Virus record (IMG/VR): IMGVR_UViG_3300025326_000023
Location: 9,659-73,658 of that record
Reading direction: 5' to 3' (one strand)
Origin: a virus
Length of the DNA stretch: 64,000 nucleotides
Positions 25,675-35,155 of this stretch are shown here, in pieces. Within the stretch, counting starts at the first letter, position 1. Every line of letters begins with the position of its first letter. A program made the position numbers and the translations under genes. The notes below the pieces were generated by a model. The model was not told where the DNA came from, searched no databases, and saw only the letters and a list, made by a program, of their open reading frames with translations.

Positions 25675-26421
25675 TCAAAACGGACGGGGTTGGATCTTGG
25701 GCATGATAGCCCAGGAGTACAGATCGGGTCCATTCCATCCGATGGGGGGCGTTGGCATGGGTTCCATCGGATCGTCGGCGCGGAGCCGCCAGAAGTCGGG
25801 GCCCTGGGTGCTGATGTGCTGCGTGCCCGCTTCGCGGCAGTACCAGTACCAGGGGCGGTCGTCCGGGGTGGAGCTGGCCGCCTGTCCGAAGCGCAGCCAG
25901 AACTTGATCGCCAGCCCCACGTCGTCGCCCAGGTCGCCGGCGTCGTAGCCGCCCAAGGCCCGCAGTTCGGGCAGCCGGTAGGCCCAGCAGCCGCCGTAGC
26001 CCCATTGCCAGGGGTGCAGGCCCACGCCCGCGTGCGCGAGGCAGGCTTTCAAGAGGCCCGGCCGCTGGGTCTCCAGGACGACCATGCACTGGGCCCAGGG
26101 ATTGTGCTCCAGGGCCTCGGCCGCGCAGGCCATGGCCTGCGGCCACATCACGTCGTCGTCGTCCCAGCAGAGGATGGCCTCGGTGCCGGGGGACACCAGG
26201 TCGATCGCCGCGTTGCGTTTGGTGCCGAAGTCGGGGTAGCGGGTCGGGGTGGAGACCAGCCGCCAGCGGTCGCCGGACTGCGTGGGGTACTGGCCGGCGT
26301 CGTCCAAGATCACCAATTCCCGGTCGGGGTGGGTCTGCTGGAGGAAGCAGTGGATGGCGCGGCCCAGCAGGTGCGGGCGTTTGTAGGTGGGGCAGACGGC
26401 GGCGATTCGCACGGCTTGCAA
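25675..26421 (-). CDS. Glycosyltransferase family 2
   Basis: VCPTYKRP...QT.PDRELVILDD...KRN...WDDDD. Confidence 0.9.
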   Translation of the reverse strand: MQAVRIAAVCPTYKRPHLLGRAIHCFLQQTHPDRELVILDDAGQYPTQSGDRWRLVSTPTRYPDFGTKRNAAIDLVSPGTEAILCWDDDDVMWPQAMACAAEALEHNPWAQCMVVLETQRPGLLKACLAHAGVGLHPWQWGYGGCWAYRLPELRALGGYDAGDLGDDVGLAIKFWLRFGQAASSTPDDRPWYWYCREAGTQHISTQGPDFWRLRADDPMEPMPTPPIGWNGPDLYSWAIMPKIQPRPF

Positions 26422-26492
26422 TTCCTAATGTCTAAACACCCAATGTCTAAGAAATGACGAAAACCGAATGACGAAGCGCGCTTAGACATTCG

Positions 26493-27137
26493 TCATTCGT
26501 CATTCGGATTTTTGTATTCTCGGATCCATGGCACGTCGATCCACTGGCCGTTTTCGAGCTGCTCCTGGAGGATCGGGAACATCGTGAAATCCTTAGTCCG
26601 AAGTGCGAACCGCAGCCGGCCGGCGGGGGGCCGCGCGGGTTCAGCGGGTTGCTCAGCTTCAGCGTTTGACGGCGGCGGGGGCGGGGGCGGGTCAGTAGGC
26701 GATTGAGCGCCGAGCCAAGCCAGGACCCGTTGGCGGACTTCGGCCAGGTCCAGCCCCAGGTTGACGAGGATCTTGGCGGCAACGGTTTCCCGCTCGCGCA
26801 GGATCCCCAACAGGAGATGTTCGGTGCCCACATAACTATGGTTCAGCAGGCGGGCTTCCTCGATCGCATACTCGATGACTTTCTTAGCCCGTGGCGTCTG
26901 GGGCAACTTGCCCATGGTCACCATTTCCGGCCCGTGCTGGACCAGCCTCTCAACCTCCAGGCCGATCTTCCGCAAATCGACGTCGAGGTTCTTGAACACG
27001 CTGGCCGCCACGCCGCTGCCCTCTTTCACCAGCCCCAAGAGGATGTGCTCGGTGCCGACGTATTCGTGATTGAATTTCAGAGCCTCCTGGTTGGCCAGTT
27101 GCATGACTTTGCGGGCGCGGTCGGTGAATCGCGGCAT
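26493..27137 (-). CDS. Stand-alone ClpC N-terminal (double Clp-repeat) domain protein
   Basis: RFTDRARKVMQLANQEA..FNHEYVGTEHILLGL...LPQTPRAKKVIEYAIEEAR.LNH.YVGTEHLLLG; no AAA+ domain. Confidence 0.93.
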   Translation of the reverse strand: MPRFTDRARKVMQLANQEALKFNHEYVGTEHILLGLVKEGSGVAASVFKNLDVDLRKIGLEVERLVQHGPEMVTMGKLPQTPRAKKVIEYAIEEARLLNHSYVGTEHLLLGILRERETVAAKILVNLGLDLAEVRQRVLAWLGAQSPTDPPPPPPPSNAEAEQPAEPARPPAGRLRFALRTKDFTMFPILQEQLENGQWIDVPWIREYKNPNDE

Positions 27138-27201
27138 GCGAGACTCGCTATTCGACATTTGTCCTTCGTCCTTCCTTAGTCATTGGGCATTTAGGCATTC
27201 T

Positions 27202-27762
27202 TCATTTGGGACGCCCCACGGGGAACGGCCATAGTCGGCGCATATTCCAGGCGACCTCCGCGGGCAGCGATTCGAGCGTGCCGGCGCCGGGCGCCGCGGT
27301 GCCGGCGGGGTGGATCGCGAGGATCTCGGCGCGGACCGCTTCGAGTTCCACGCCGCAGGAGCGGAGGATCCCGGCGGCGACGCTCTCGCGCTCGCGCAGC
27401 AACCCCAGTAGGAGATGGCCGGTGCCGACGCAGGGGTGGTGCAGGGCCTGGGCCTCCTCCATGGCAAACGCGACGGCGTGCCGGGCACGCCGCGTGGGCT
27501 GGGCGTTTTCCGGCATCGGCGCGTACTCAGGGGGCGGAAACAGTTTGCCCACGGCATGTCGGATGGCCTGCAGATCGGCGCCGAGGTTCCGCAACGCCGC
27601 CAGGGCGATACAGCGATCCTCTTGCAGTAGGGCCAGCAGCAGATGGTCGGTGTGGATGTGCTCGTGGCGGTGCCGGCGGGCCGCGCACTGGGCCGACTCG
27701 ATCACTCTGAGGCAGCGATCGGTGAAGCGGTCCAAGCCGGTTAGGCATTCGTCATTCGTCAT
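27202..27762 (-). CDS. Second, more divergent stand-alone Clp-N domain protein
   Basis: RFTDRC...HEHIHTDHLLLALL...PTRRARHAV.FAMEEA.ALHH..VGTGHLLLGLL; start lies inside a repeat element. Confidence 0.85.
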   Translation of the reverse strand: MTNDECLTGLDRFTDRCLRVIESAQCAARRHRHEHIHTDHLLLALLQEDRCIALAALRNLGADLQAIRHAVGKLFPPPEYAPMPENAQPTRRARHAVAFAMEEAQALHHPCVGTGHLLLGLLRERESVAAGILRSCGVELEAVRAEILAIHPAGTAAPGAGTLESLPAEVAWNMRRLWPFPVGRPK

Positions 27763-27805
27763 TCGTCATTCTTTCGTCATTGGATATTTCGTCATTCGTC
27801 ATTCT
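27741..27805. repeat. Heptamer repeat element (TTCGTCA)n
   Basis: cattcgtcattcgtcattcgtcatt...ttcgtcattcgtcatt. Confidence 0.85.
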
Positions 27806-28340
27806 GGGGCAGGATCCGAATCACGTCGTCCTGGACAGCCAGGCGGCTGCCGTCCTGCCAGGCCGTCACAAGCCGCTGGATCTCGTCCAGTGTTGGCCAC
27901 TGGCCGGGGTCGTGCGGTGCGGGCGGGGCATCGGTGAACAGGCGGGCGTCGTCAATCAAAATCACGTGCCGGCCGCGGGTGCCGTTGATGGCGCGCAGCT
28001 CCTCCAGCAGCGGGCATTCGGGGGCCAATCGCGGGCCGCAGGCCCAATGGGCGTCGAGCCAGAACAAGGCGGGCTCGCGCAAATCAGGCAGCATCTGGGC
28101 CAGCACGTTTGGCGAATTGCCCAGGTGCAGCACCACGTTGGCGAACGGCCGCAGCCGGCGGTAGGCGCGCTGGTAGGTGTCGGGGTAGAGTTCGATGGTA
28201 TCCACGCGTCGGAAGTAGCCGGCGGCCAGGGCGGCGGTGTGGCCGGCGCCCGAGCCGGTTTCGATAAAGCGGGTGGGCCGGTACGTCTCCAGGATCGTCT
28301 GGAGCAGTTCGGGGTCGAGGCTGGGGGAGATGCTGCCCAT
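27792..28340 (-). CDS. Class I SAM-dependent methyltransferase
   Basis: FIETGSGAG, TIEL, GNS, FWLDAH, ILIDDAR. Confidence 0.85.
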   Translation of the reverse strand: MGSISPSLDPELLQTILETYRPTRFIETGSGAGHTAALAAGYFRRVDTIELYPDTYQRAYRRLRPFANVVLHLGNSPNVLAQMLPDLREPALFWLDAHWACGPRLAPECPLLEELRAINGTRGRHVILIDDARLFTDAPPAPHDPGQWPTLDEIQRLVTAWQDGSRLAVQDDVIRILPQNDE

Positions 28341-28478
28341 GGCGAGCCCTCAAGTTCGAGGACGAAGGACGAAGGACCCGATAACGGAGGAATGAGGAAT
28401 GAGGAATGAGGAAAGCAGTTCGGCATTCGGGCTTCGGGCTTCTTTAGACATTCGACATTCGGTTTTCGTCATTTTGGT

Positions 28479-29222
28479 TCACCAACTCCGCGGGGTCACC
28501 TGGGTGGGCCAGGGTTGATGCCAGTCGCTATAGTCGTCGCCCCACAAAGGCACCAGTCCGAAGTATGGAGCGCGGTTGCCCATCGCGTAGTAGGCTTCGG
28601 GGCCGTCCAGGCCGGGTTCGCTGATGCGCACCGGCACCTCCATGTGCCGCTTGATGCGGTTGTACACGTAGTAGGGTGGGCCCTGGATATCGACGGACGT
28701 TTCGCCGGCGAGCCGCAGCCGTTGTTCCATTTCGTAATCGTCGCCGGCATAGCAGGCGCGGTAGCCGCCGTGGCGGGCGAAGAACTCGCGGCGGTAGGCC
28801 CAGGAGGCGTGGTAGGCGAAGCGCCATGGATCGTCGCGGCTGAAGGTCTCGGTGAGGATCAGCCGGCCCTGTTCGTCGTAGTCGTAGGCTTGGCGGGGCT
28901 GGAGCCAGGGGCCGCGCTGGAGGGCCTCGTCGACGGCCTCCAGGGCGTCGTCCAGGTACAGATCGTCGTCGTCCCAGAGGGCGATGGCTTCCGAGTCGGG
29001 AGAAGCCAGGGCGGCGACGGCGTTGCGCTTCTCGCCCAGGGAGCGGAAGCGGCGCGGGATGGAGAGCAAGTGCCAGCGGTCGCCGGACTGATGTTCGTAT
29101 TGGCCCAGGTCGTCCAGGATCACCAGTTCCCGGTCGGGGTGCGTCTGGCGCTCGAAGCAGCGGATCAGGCGGCTGAGCAACTTAGGCCGGTTGCAGGTCA
29201 TGGTGATGGCGGTGATTTTCAT
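28479..29222 (-). CDS. Glycosyltransferase family 2 (paralog of 25675-26421)
   Basis: Shares QTHPDRELVILDD, QSGDRW, KRNA and WDDDD with the paralog. Confidence 0.9.
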   Translation of the reverse strand: MKITAITMTCNRPKLLSRLIRCFERQTHPDRELVILDDLGQYEHQSGDRWHLLSIPRRFRSLGEKRNAVAALASPDSEAIALWDDDDLYLDDALEAVDEALQRGPWLQPRQAYDYDEQGRLILTETFSRDDPWRFAYHASWAYRREFFARHGGYRACYAGDDYEMEQRLRLAGETSVDIQGPPYYVYNRIKRHMEVPVRISEPGLDGPEAYYAMGNRAPYFGLVPLWGDDYSDWHQPWPTQVTPRSW

Positions 29223-29613
29223 GGGTCGGGATTGAGTTGGTGAGGATGAACGTTTCAGAAATGAGGAATGAGCAATGAAGAATGAGCAATGAGAAATTGC
29301 GCCCGCCGCGGGTTATCCCGATCGTTATTCCTTAGACATTCGTCATTTGTTATTCCCGGTAGCCTGCGGCGGTTGCTGGGCGCCGTGCGCCAGGCGCTTG
29401 CGCCGCATCGCGATGATGTCTCGCGCGTGCGAGATAGCCGAGTACGGCGGCTCGCCTTCGCGCACCAATCGTGCCGCTTCGTCCTGAACCTCTCGATCCC
29501 AATCGCGCACGGCCCGGTCGAACGAGTTATGGGAGAAAATTTTGACAAAGGGACAGAACATGCGGGACCACATACAGGCGTTTTCCTTTCCTTATTGTTC
29601 ATTGCTCAGTTCG

Positions 29614-30279
29614 CTATTTGTCCGCGTAGTTCAGCCGCTCCAGCCAGGGCTGGAGCAGGCGGTTAAGCAGATCGCTGCTGGCCGGGTCGACAAAGCGGCG
29701 CCAGGTGCCGGGCTGGCCTTCGTGGACGTGGCCGGGTTCCAGCACGTCGCGCGACTCGCCGGGCTGGAGCGCCGCACAGATCTCCCGGTTGCGGTCGATG
29801 TGGCGGGCCGCCAGGATCTCAGCTTGCCGCTGGGGCGTCACTTCCCAGCCGGTCAGCGCGCTGAGCAAGCTGAAGATCTGCTGCGGCTTCTCGATCGCCG
29901 TTTCGTAGCGCAGGTGCAGCGGCAGGTGGGTCTCTTGGTACTGCTGCATGCGCCAGAGCGTGTTCAGGTAGCGGCCGGCGATCCAGTAGAGCCGTTCGCG
30001 GGGAATGACGCCCAGCCGCTCCACTTCGTCCGGGTGGCGGAACCGCCAGTGGGAGATCACGCAATCGCGGGGATCGCGGTAGACGGATAGCACGGGCACT
30101 TGCAGGTCCAGCCACTCGTGCGTTTTGATCACGCCGTCGCCCAGGGCGTCGCCGCAGACCTGCCAGATCCATGTGGTGCCGGAGCGCTGCAAGCCGAAGC
30201 AGATCAGGCGCACGTTCTGGGCGGACAGGCCGGCGGAATCGTTGCGGACTTGGTTGGGGATGTAGGCGCTGGGGTTCAT
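29614..30279 (-). CDS. Sulfotransferase
   Basis: GLQRSGTTW (5'-PSB loop), KTH, YRDPRD (3'-PB), LRYE, GxxGxW. Confidence 0.9.
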   Translation of the reverse strand: MNPSAYIPNQVRNDSAGLSAQNVRLICFGLQRSGTTWIWQVCGDALGDGVIKTHEWLDLQVPVLSVYRDPRDCVISHWRFRHPDEVERLGVIPRERLYWIAGRYLNTLWRMQQYQETHLPLHLRYETAIEKPQQIFSLLSALTGWEVTPQRQAEILAARHIDRNREICAALQPGESRDVLEPGHVHEGQPGTWRRFVDPASSDLLNRLLQPWLERLNYADK

Positions 30280-30965
30280 GGGTTGGTCCAAATCTGATTG
30301 TAGGTGGTGGTGGCGCGGAGGCGGTAGCCCTGTTCGCCCAGCAGGTGCTTCCAGGCCCCGGACAGATCGAGGTTGGTGCCGTACTGCCGGTGTTCGATGA
30401 CCAGGCATTCCGGGTGGAACGTCGTCCAGTCGTTGCCCTTCAGCACTTGGGGCTCGCTTCCCTCCACGTCGATGCTGCACAAGCGGCAGCCGGCCCGGAT
30501 GGTCGGGTAGCGGGCCAGCAAACCGGCCAGCGTCTCGGTCTCCACGTAGGCCACCGCCTGTTCGTCGATGGGCCAATCCGGGCGCAGGCTGCTGAGACAT
30601 CGGCAGATCCGCAGGCGGGCGTAGCCGCTGGCGTCGCTGACCGCCACGGGGGCCAGGAAGTCTCCGGGGCGCTGGCGCAGGATCGAGTACCAGCATTCGG
30701 CCAGCGGTTCGACCACGAGGCCGCGCCAGCCGCGCTGGTAGAACGACCAGGTGTTGCTGCAGTCGATGGCGTGGCCGGCGCCGATGTCGACGTACAGCCC
30801 GTCGCCGGGCAGGAGTTGGGCCAGGATCTCGTCCTCCGCCCCTTGGCTGCCGCGGCAGGTCACGGGCGGCAGCGAGCGGTTCAGCCAGCGGCCCAGGCCG
30901 AGCAGTTCGGAGCCGGATTGCTGCAGGGCGTCGGCGGTGATCAGTCCAGGGTCAGCCATTTCCAT
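30276..30965 (-). CDS. FkbM-family methyltransferase
   Basis: YVDIGAG...SNT..FY..GWRGLVVEP; SIDVEGSE. Confidence 0.9.
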   Translation of the reverse strand: MEMADPGLITADALQQSGSELLGLGRWLNRSLPPVTCRGSQGAEDEILAQLLPGDGLYVDIGAGHAIDCSNTWSFYQRGWRGLVVEPLAECWYSILRQRPGDFLAPVAVSDASGYARLRICRCLSSLRPDWPIDEQAVAYVETETLAGLLARYPTIRAGCRLCSIDVEGSEPQVLKGNDWTTFHPECLVIEHRQYGTNLDLSGAWKHLLGEQGYRLRATTTYNQIWTNP

Positions 30966-31828
30966 CGCTCCGCTTCGTCGAAGGGGTAGAGGTCGGGGTA
31001 GGGGTTGGGGTAGTTGGCCGGCGGCTCGCTAGGGTGCCAGGGCAGGCAGGCGAAGCGGCTGCGGCGGGCCACCAGGCCGCGGTGCCAGAAGCTGCCCTTG
31101 GGCAGCGGGCAGACGATCTTCCAGGCCCGGCCCAGCCAGCCGGCCCACCAACTAAAGGTCGATTGGCAAATCACCAGGTTCTCGGCGGCCAGCAGCAATC
31201 GCCAGTCCTGGTCCCAGGGCAGGCCGCTGATCGCCCAGGGCAGGCCCAGCTTGGGGAACTCCTGCATGAAGGGATCACCCGGATCGTCGGTCACCACCAC
31301 CAGCCGTTTGGCATCGGGAAACTCCTTGAGGCAGGCGGCGTAGTCGTCCAACGTGGCGGCCAGGCAGCAGCGGGACGGGTCGTTGGGGTTGTCCACGCCC
31401 GGCACGTAATCGGTGCGGCGGCAATGCAGGTAGACGGCGCCGGGATCGCTGCGCGGCAGGCGGCCCCAGATCGCCAGCCAGTCCCGGCGGATCTTCTGTT
31501 TCCAGCCCACCAGCAACGAGTAGTTCTGGAAGTAGCCCTGTTCGATGTGGATAGGCCGGTCGCTGCGCAAGCTGGAGAAATCGAACCAGTGGTCGCAGCA
31601 GATCCGCTGGACGTGTTCGCCCTCCAGTTTGCGCTCGGACAGCACGCGGCCCGCCGTGGGGGCCATGACGATGGCGGGCAATTCGCTCCAGACCACGGGC
31701 TGGCCCCGCTTGTTGACAAACTCGATAGGTGGCGAGTAGGCCAGGCCGGTGCGTTCGGCCAGGATCTTGCAGACCACGTAGGTGAAGAGTTGGTTGCCGA
31801 ACTGACCGATCATGCGGGCGGTGATCAT
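30941..31828 (-). CDS. GT11 alpha-1,2-fucosyltransferase-like protein
   Basis: GQFGNQLFTY, GYFQ, HCRRTDY (HxRRxD), STFSWW. Confidence 0.9.
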   Translation of the reverse strand: MITARMIGQFGNQLFTYVVCKILAERTGLAYSPPIEFVNKRGQPVVWSELPAIVMAPTAGRVLSERKLEGEHVQRICCDHWFDFSSLRSDRPIHIEQGYFQNYSLLVGWKQKIRRDWLAIWGRLPRSDPGAVYLHCRRTDYVPGVDNPNDPSRCCLAATLDDYAACLKEFPDAKRLVVVTDDPGDPFMQEFPKLGLPWAISGLPWDQDWRLLLAAENLVICQSTFSWWAGWLGRAWKIVCPLPKGSFWHRGLVARRSRFACLPWHPSEPPANYPNPYPDLYPFDEAERWKWLTLD

Positions 31829-31831
31829 GAG

Positions 31832-32155
31832 CTACGCTCCGAGTCTTGAGGCACGCCGCGCTGGCCGGGGATGTGCGCGGGGTAACGAATCGCGCACGAG
31901 CCAATTGCTCCACAGACCGCGCAGATGGCGTTCCGCCTTCAATTGGATTTGACGAATGCGCTCGCGGTGTACGCGAAAGATACGAGCCGTTTCTTCTAGG
32001 GTATAGGGGCCAGCGTCAGTGAGCCCATAGCGCAGTTCCAGCACGGCACGTTCGCGGTACGACAGAAACCGTAACAATTGAGGCAGTGCCACGATGAAGT
32101 CAGGCGTGGTGTCCATTACCTTGCGTGGCACGCCGCGAATAATCAGGCTTGACAT
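31832..32155 (-). CDS. Stand-alone sigma70 region 4 HTH protein
   Basis: LSYRERAVLELRYGL....YTLEETARIFRVHRERIRQIQLKA resembles RpoD region 4; no region 2. Confidence 0.85.
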   Translation of the reverse strand: MSSLIIRGVPRKVMDTTPDFIVALPQLLRFLSYRERAVLELRYGLTDAGPYTLEETARIFRVHRERIRQIQLKAERHLRGLWSNWLVRDSLPRAHPRPARRASRLGA

Positions 32156-34392
32156 TTCAAGTCCTCCTGCACCTGCGACTCGATCCAGGCGTAGGTTTCG
32201 GCCAGGCCTCTGCGGAGCGGGGTGGAGGGTTGCCAGCCCAGTTCCTGCAGGATGCGGGTGTTGTCGGAATTGCGGCCCCAGACGCCCTGGGGCTTATCCA
32301 GGTCGTGGCACTTGATGACGGAGACTCCGGCGATCTCGGCCACCAGGTCCACCAGTTTGTTGATCGTGACCAGTTCGCTGGAGCCGAGGTTGATCGGCTC
32401 GCGGATGTCGCTGGCCATGATCTTCAGGATGCCCTCGATATTGTCGCCGATCCACATGAAGGAGCGAGTGCGGGTGCCGTCGCCCCAGATGTCGATGGGG
32501 TAGGGGCCGGGGTTGCCGGATTCTTGGCCGCGGAGTTTGGCTTCGGCCACTTTACGGCAGATGGCGGCGGGGGCTTTCTCTCGCCCCCCAGTGTAGCTGC
32601 CATGGGGCCCGTAGGAATTATGGAATCTGGCCACTCTGGTTTCCAGGCCATAGTCCTCCATCCAGTGGCGGGCCAGCCGTTCGCTGAACAGTTTCTCCCA
32701 GCCGTAGCCGTCCTCGGGCATGGCGGGGTAGGCATCCTCTTCCTTGAGCGCCGGCACGTCGGGGTGGTTCTGTTTGCCGGCGGCGTAGGCGCAATTATGT
32801 ACGGCAAATCCGTGCGCCGTATAGGAAGGGGCGTCCTTCACTTCTAAGTTGTACACAGTGCAATCCACCAGGAATGAGTCGACAGACAAACACCGATTGT
32901 GGATCGTTTCATCCGTAGGCGGCGGAGGCGGACAATCGTTCGTCACGCAGAGGTCGCATGCCCTCTGTCGCGACGCCTGAGAACCGACCGTGTAGAGATT
33001 ATGACAGTCTACTGTTGCGCGGATGGTACGATCCGAAAGAACTGAGGCGCGGGAGCGCATGATTTGGACGGACGTTTGAATCCCGAGCGAGAGCAGAATG
33101 GCGCGCATATCAGCAGCGAGCCGGTGCGACGCCGTGCCAATGCCAATGCTGTCAGCCGACTCGCCCGAGCGGCTCCTGCGAATCCAGCCGTCTCCTAACC
33201 ACCAACCGCGGACGAGTTGCTGCCGAAAGGCGAAGGGACCCGTGAACAACTTTTCTCCCACGCATTTGGAGTAACAATCCGCTTGCGCGCTCGCGCTCTG
33301 GTAGCAGTTGTCGAGAAAGAATTGGGCCAGGAGATTGCTGCAAATGCCGACCTTACACGACTTTTGTCCCCGCGTGTTATCCCAGCGGCGGATGCGCTTG
33401 TCAGGAATTCCGAACGTTGCTCCCAGCAGTGTCCGCACGCGATCAACCAGATTTGCTTTGCGGCCTTCAGTTCCAAAGGAAAAGAGCACCCGCTTGGATC
33501 CATGGGGGGGCGATTCGACCCATCCATCGGCCAGGAACAAGCCAACCAATTCTCCGAGGGCCGCGTCTTGGGCGACGATTTCCTTGGTGACGGGATCACA
33601 GTGCGATGGAAAATGGCCGCGGGAAAATGAATAGGGCGTTCCCAGCGAGGCGCCATGCGATGCAGCGAGCTTGTACAAAGGCTCGTTGGTTCCCGCCAGG
33701 ACGGCACGGCGCAGACGAATCAGACGATGCAGGTCCATCTGAAACCTGCGAGCTGGCGCATCCAAGTTTGGGATCGGCAGTCGCAAGCGATGACCCGCGA
33801 GAGATGAGGCAGGTATCCATTGGCCGTCCGTAGTGAGAAAACGATGATCGGGCGTGACGCACAAAGGCGGTAGCCCTGGACAATGTACAATGGACAGGGG
33901 CCCCTGGTAGCGGCGGGACATTGTGCGGGTCACCTCCGCGAGTGTTCCATCAGCGGTGACTACGCGATCGCCGACAGCAATCTCTTCGATGGGGATACTG
34001 CCCCTCGCCGTGGTCACTCTCGTTCCCGCGGGAAAACATGCCGAGCTGCTATAGAAGAACCGCTGGACGCGATTCGCGTACGCGGCCTTGAGCATCTGGG
34101 CGGAGATCAGCACGTTCATGGCGCAGTCGCACTTGTGCGTTTCGATGGTCCCGATGCCGCCCATGAAGGCGGCCAGGTTGTAGACGTGTTCGATGCCGAG
34201 GCAGCAGGCGACACATTGGGCGTAGTGGCGCAGATCCCAGGAGGACCAGTTGTCGGCGCGGATGTCGTACTGCCACCAGTCGCTGCGTCTTTTGACGTCC
34301 ACCGCGCGGACTTGATGGCCGCGTTCCAGCAGGGCCTTGACGAGATGTCCGCCGATGAAGCCACCGGCGCCGGTCACGAGAGTTTGGGTCAT
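32143..34392 (-). CDS. NAD-dependent epimerase, GDP-mannose 3,5-epimerase-like, with intein
   Basis: GAGGFIG, NLAAFMGG.G, SSSA|C, YGWEK (YxxxK), GGREKAPAA.CRK, WGDG..TRSF, GRNSDN. Confidence 0.92.
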   Translation of the reverse strand: MTQTLVTGAGGFIGGHLVKALLERGHQVRAVDVKRRSDWWQYDIRADNWSSWDLRHYAQCVACCLGIEHVYNLAAFMGGIGTIETHKCDCAMNVLISAQMLKAAYANRVQRFFYSSSACFPAGTRVTTARGSIPIEEIAVGDRVVTADGTLAEVTRTMSRRYQGPLSIVHCPGLPPLCVTPDHRFLTTDGQWIPASSLAGHRLRLPIPNLDAPARRFQMDLHRLIRLRRAVLAGTNEPLYKLAASHGASLGTPYSFSRGHFPSHCDPVTKEIVAQDAALGELVGLFLADGWVESPPHGSKRVLFSFGTEGRKANLVDRVRTLLGATFGIPDKRIRRWDNTRGQKSCKVGICSNLLAQFFLDNCYQSASAQADCYSKCVGEKLFTGPFAFRQQLVRGWWLGDGWIRRSRSGESADSIGIGTASHRLAADMRAILLSLGIQTSVQIMRSRASVLSDRTIRATVDCHNLYTVGSQASRQRACDLCVTNDCPPPPPTDETIHNRCLSVDSFLVDCTVYNLEVKDAPSYTAHGFAVHNCAYAAGKQNHPDVPALKEEDAYPAMPEDGYGWEKLFSERLARHWMEDYGLETRVARFHNSYGPHGSYTGGREKAPAAICRKVAEAKLRGQESGNPGPYPIDIWGDGTRTRSFMWIGDNIEGILKIMASDIREPINLGSSELVTINKLVDLVAEIAGVSVIKCHDLDKPQGVWGRNSDNTRILQELGWQPSTPLRRGLAETYAWIESQVQEDLKCQA
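32794..34038 (-). mobile_element. Intein with LAGLIDADG endonuclease (415 aa)
   Basis: Starts CFPAGTRV; VTPDHRF (block B); LVGLFLADG and VRGWWLGDG; ends VYNLEV....SYTAHGFAVHN with Cys at +1. Confidence 0.95.
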
Positions 34393-35033
34393 AATGTGGT
34401 GTTCCTCCAGAGAAAGTTATCGCCGGGGTAGCCTCGCACAAACTCGAAGCCCGGCAGCAGATCGCAGAGTTCAGGCAGGCTGGCCTGGCCGTGGTAGTAG
34501 GGGCGCTGGTGGCATTCGCAATACCACCAGCGGATGCGGCGGATGGTCTGCTGGCCGCCGCGGAGCACGATGGCTTCGGCGCCCTGGACGTCGACCCAGG
34601 CCAGGTCGAAGACGCGCAAGTCGGCGGGCCAGAGATCGTCCAGCCGGTGGGTTTCCACAGTCACAGCCGGCTGGAAGCGGAGCCAGGGATCGTAGCTGGT
34701 GTGTTTGTCCGGCGCCAGCAGGGAGCCGCTTTTGTCCCACGGCCCGTAGTCGTCCCAGCCGGGCGCATCGCCGTCGGATGGATGGAAGGGGAGCCAGTCC
34801 TTGCGATCCGCCAGGGCGAAGGGCCAGAGGGTGGCTCGTTCGTCGTGGATCCGATCGCACCAGCGCTGGCAGGCGCGCGGATCGCACTCGAACGAGTGGA
34901 TGCGGGTGTCGGGGTGGGGGAAGGCGGTCAGGAAGGCGGCGGTGTCCTCGCCGTCGTTGGCCCCGATCTCCAGGATCTGGGCGCAGTCGCTGCCGATCAG
35001 TTCGCGGGCGGATTGGGGGGTGAAGGCTTCCAT
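34389..35033 (-). CDS. FkbM-family methyltransferase
   Basis: ILEIGANDG, FECDP, WVDVQGAE. Confidence 0.88.
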   Translation of the reverse strand: MEAFTPQSARELIGSDCAQILEIGANDGEDTAAFLTAFPHPDTRIHSFECDPRACQRWCDRIHDERATLWPFALADRKDWLPFHPSDGDAPGWDDYGPWDKSGSLLAPDKHTSYDPWLRFQPAVTVETHRLDDLWPADLRVFDLAWVDVQGAEAIVLRGGQQTIRRIRWWYCECHQRPYYHGQASLPELCDLLPGFEFVRGYPGDNFLWRNTTL

Positions 35034-35155
35034 GCGGCGTGGTTTCCGGGTGGCGAATGATGGCCTAAAGAATGAGGAATGAAAAACGAGCAATGAACAA
35101 TGAGGGAAACGGGTCCGTCATGCTGTGCGTCTGGCAAACGGGACTTTGAGTGAGA

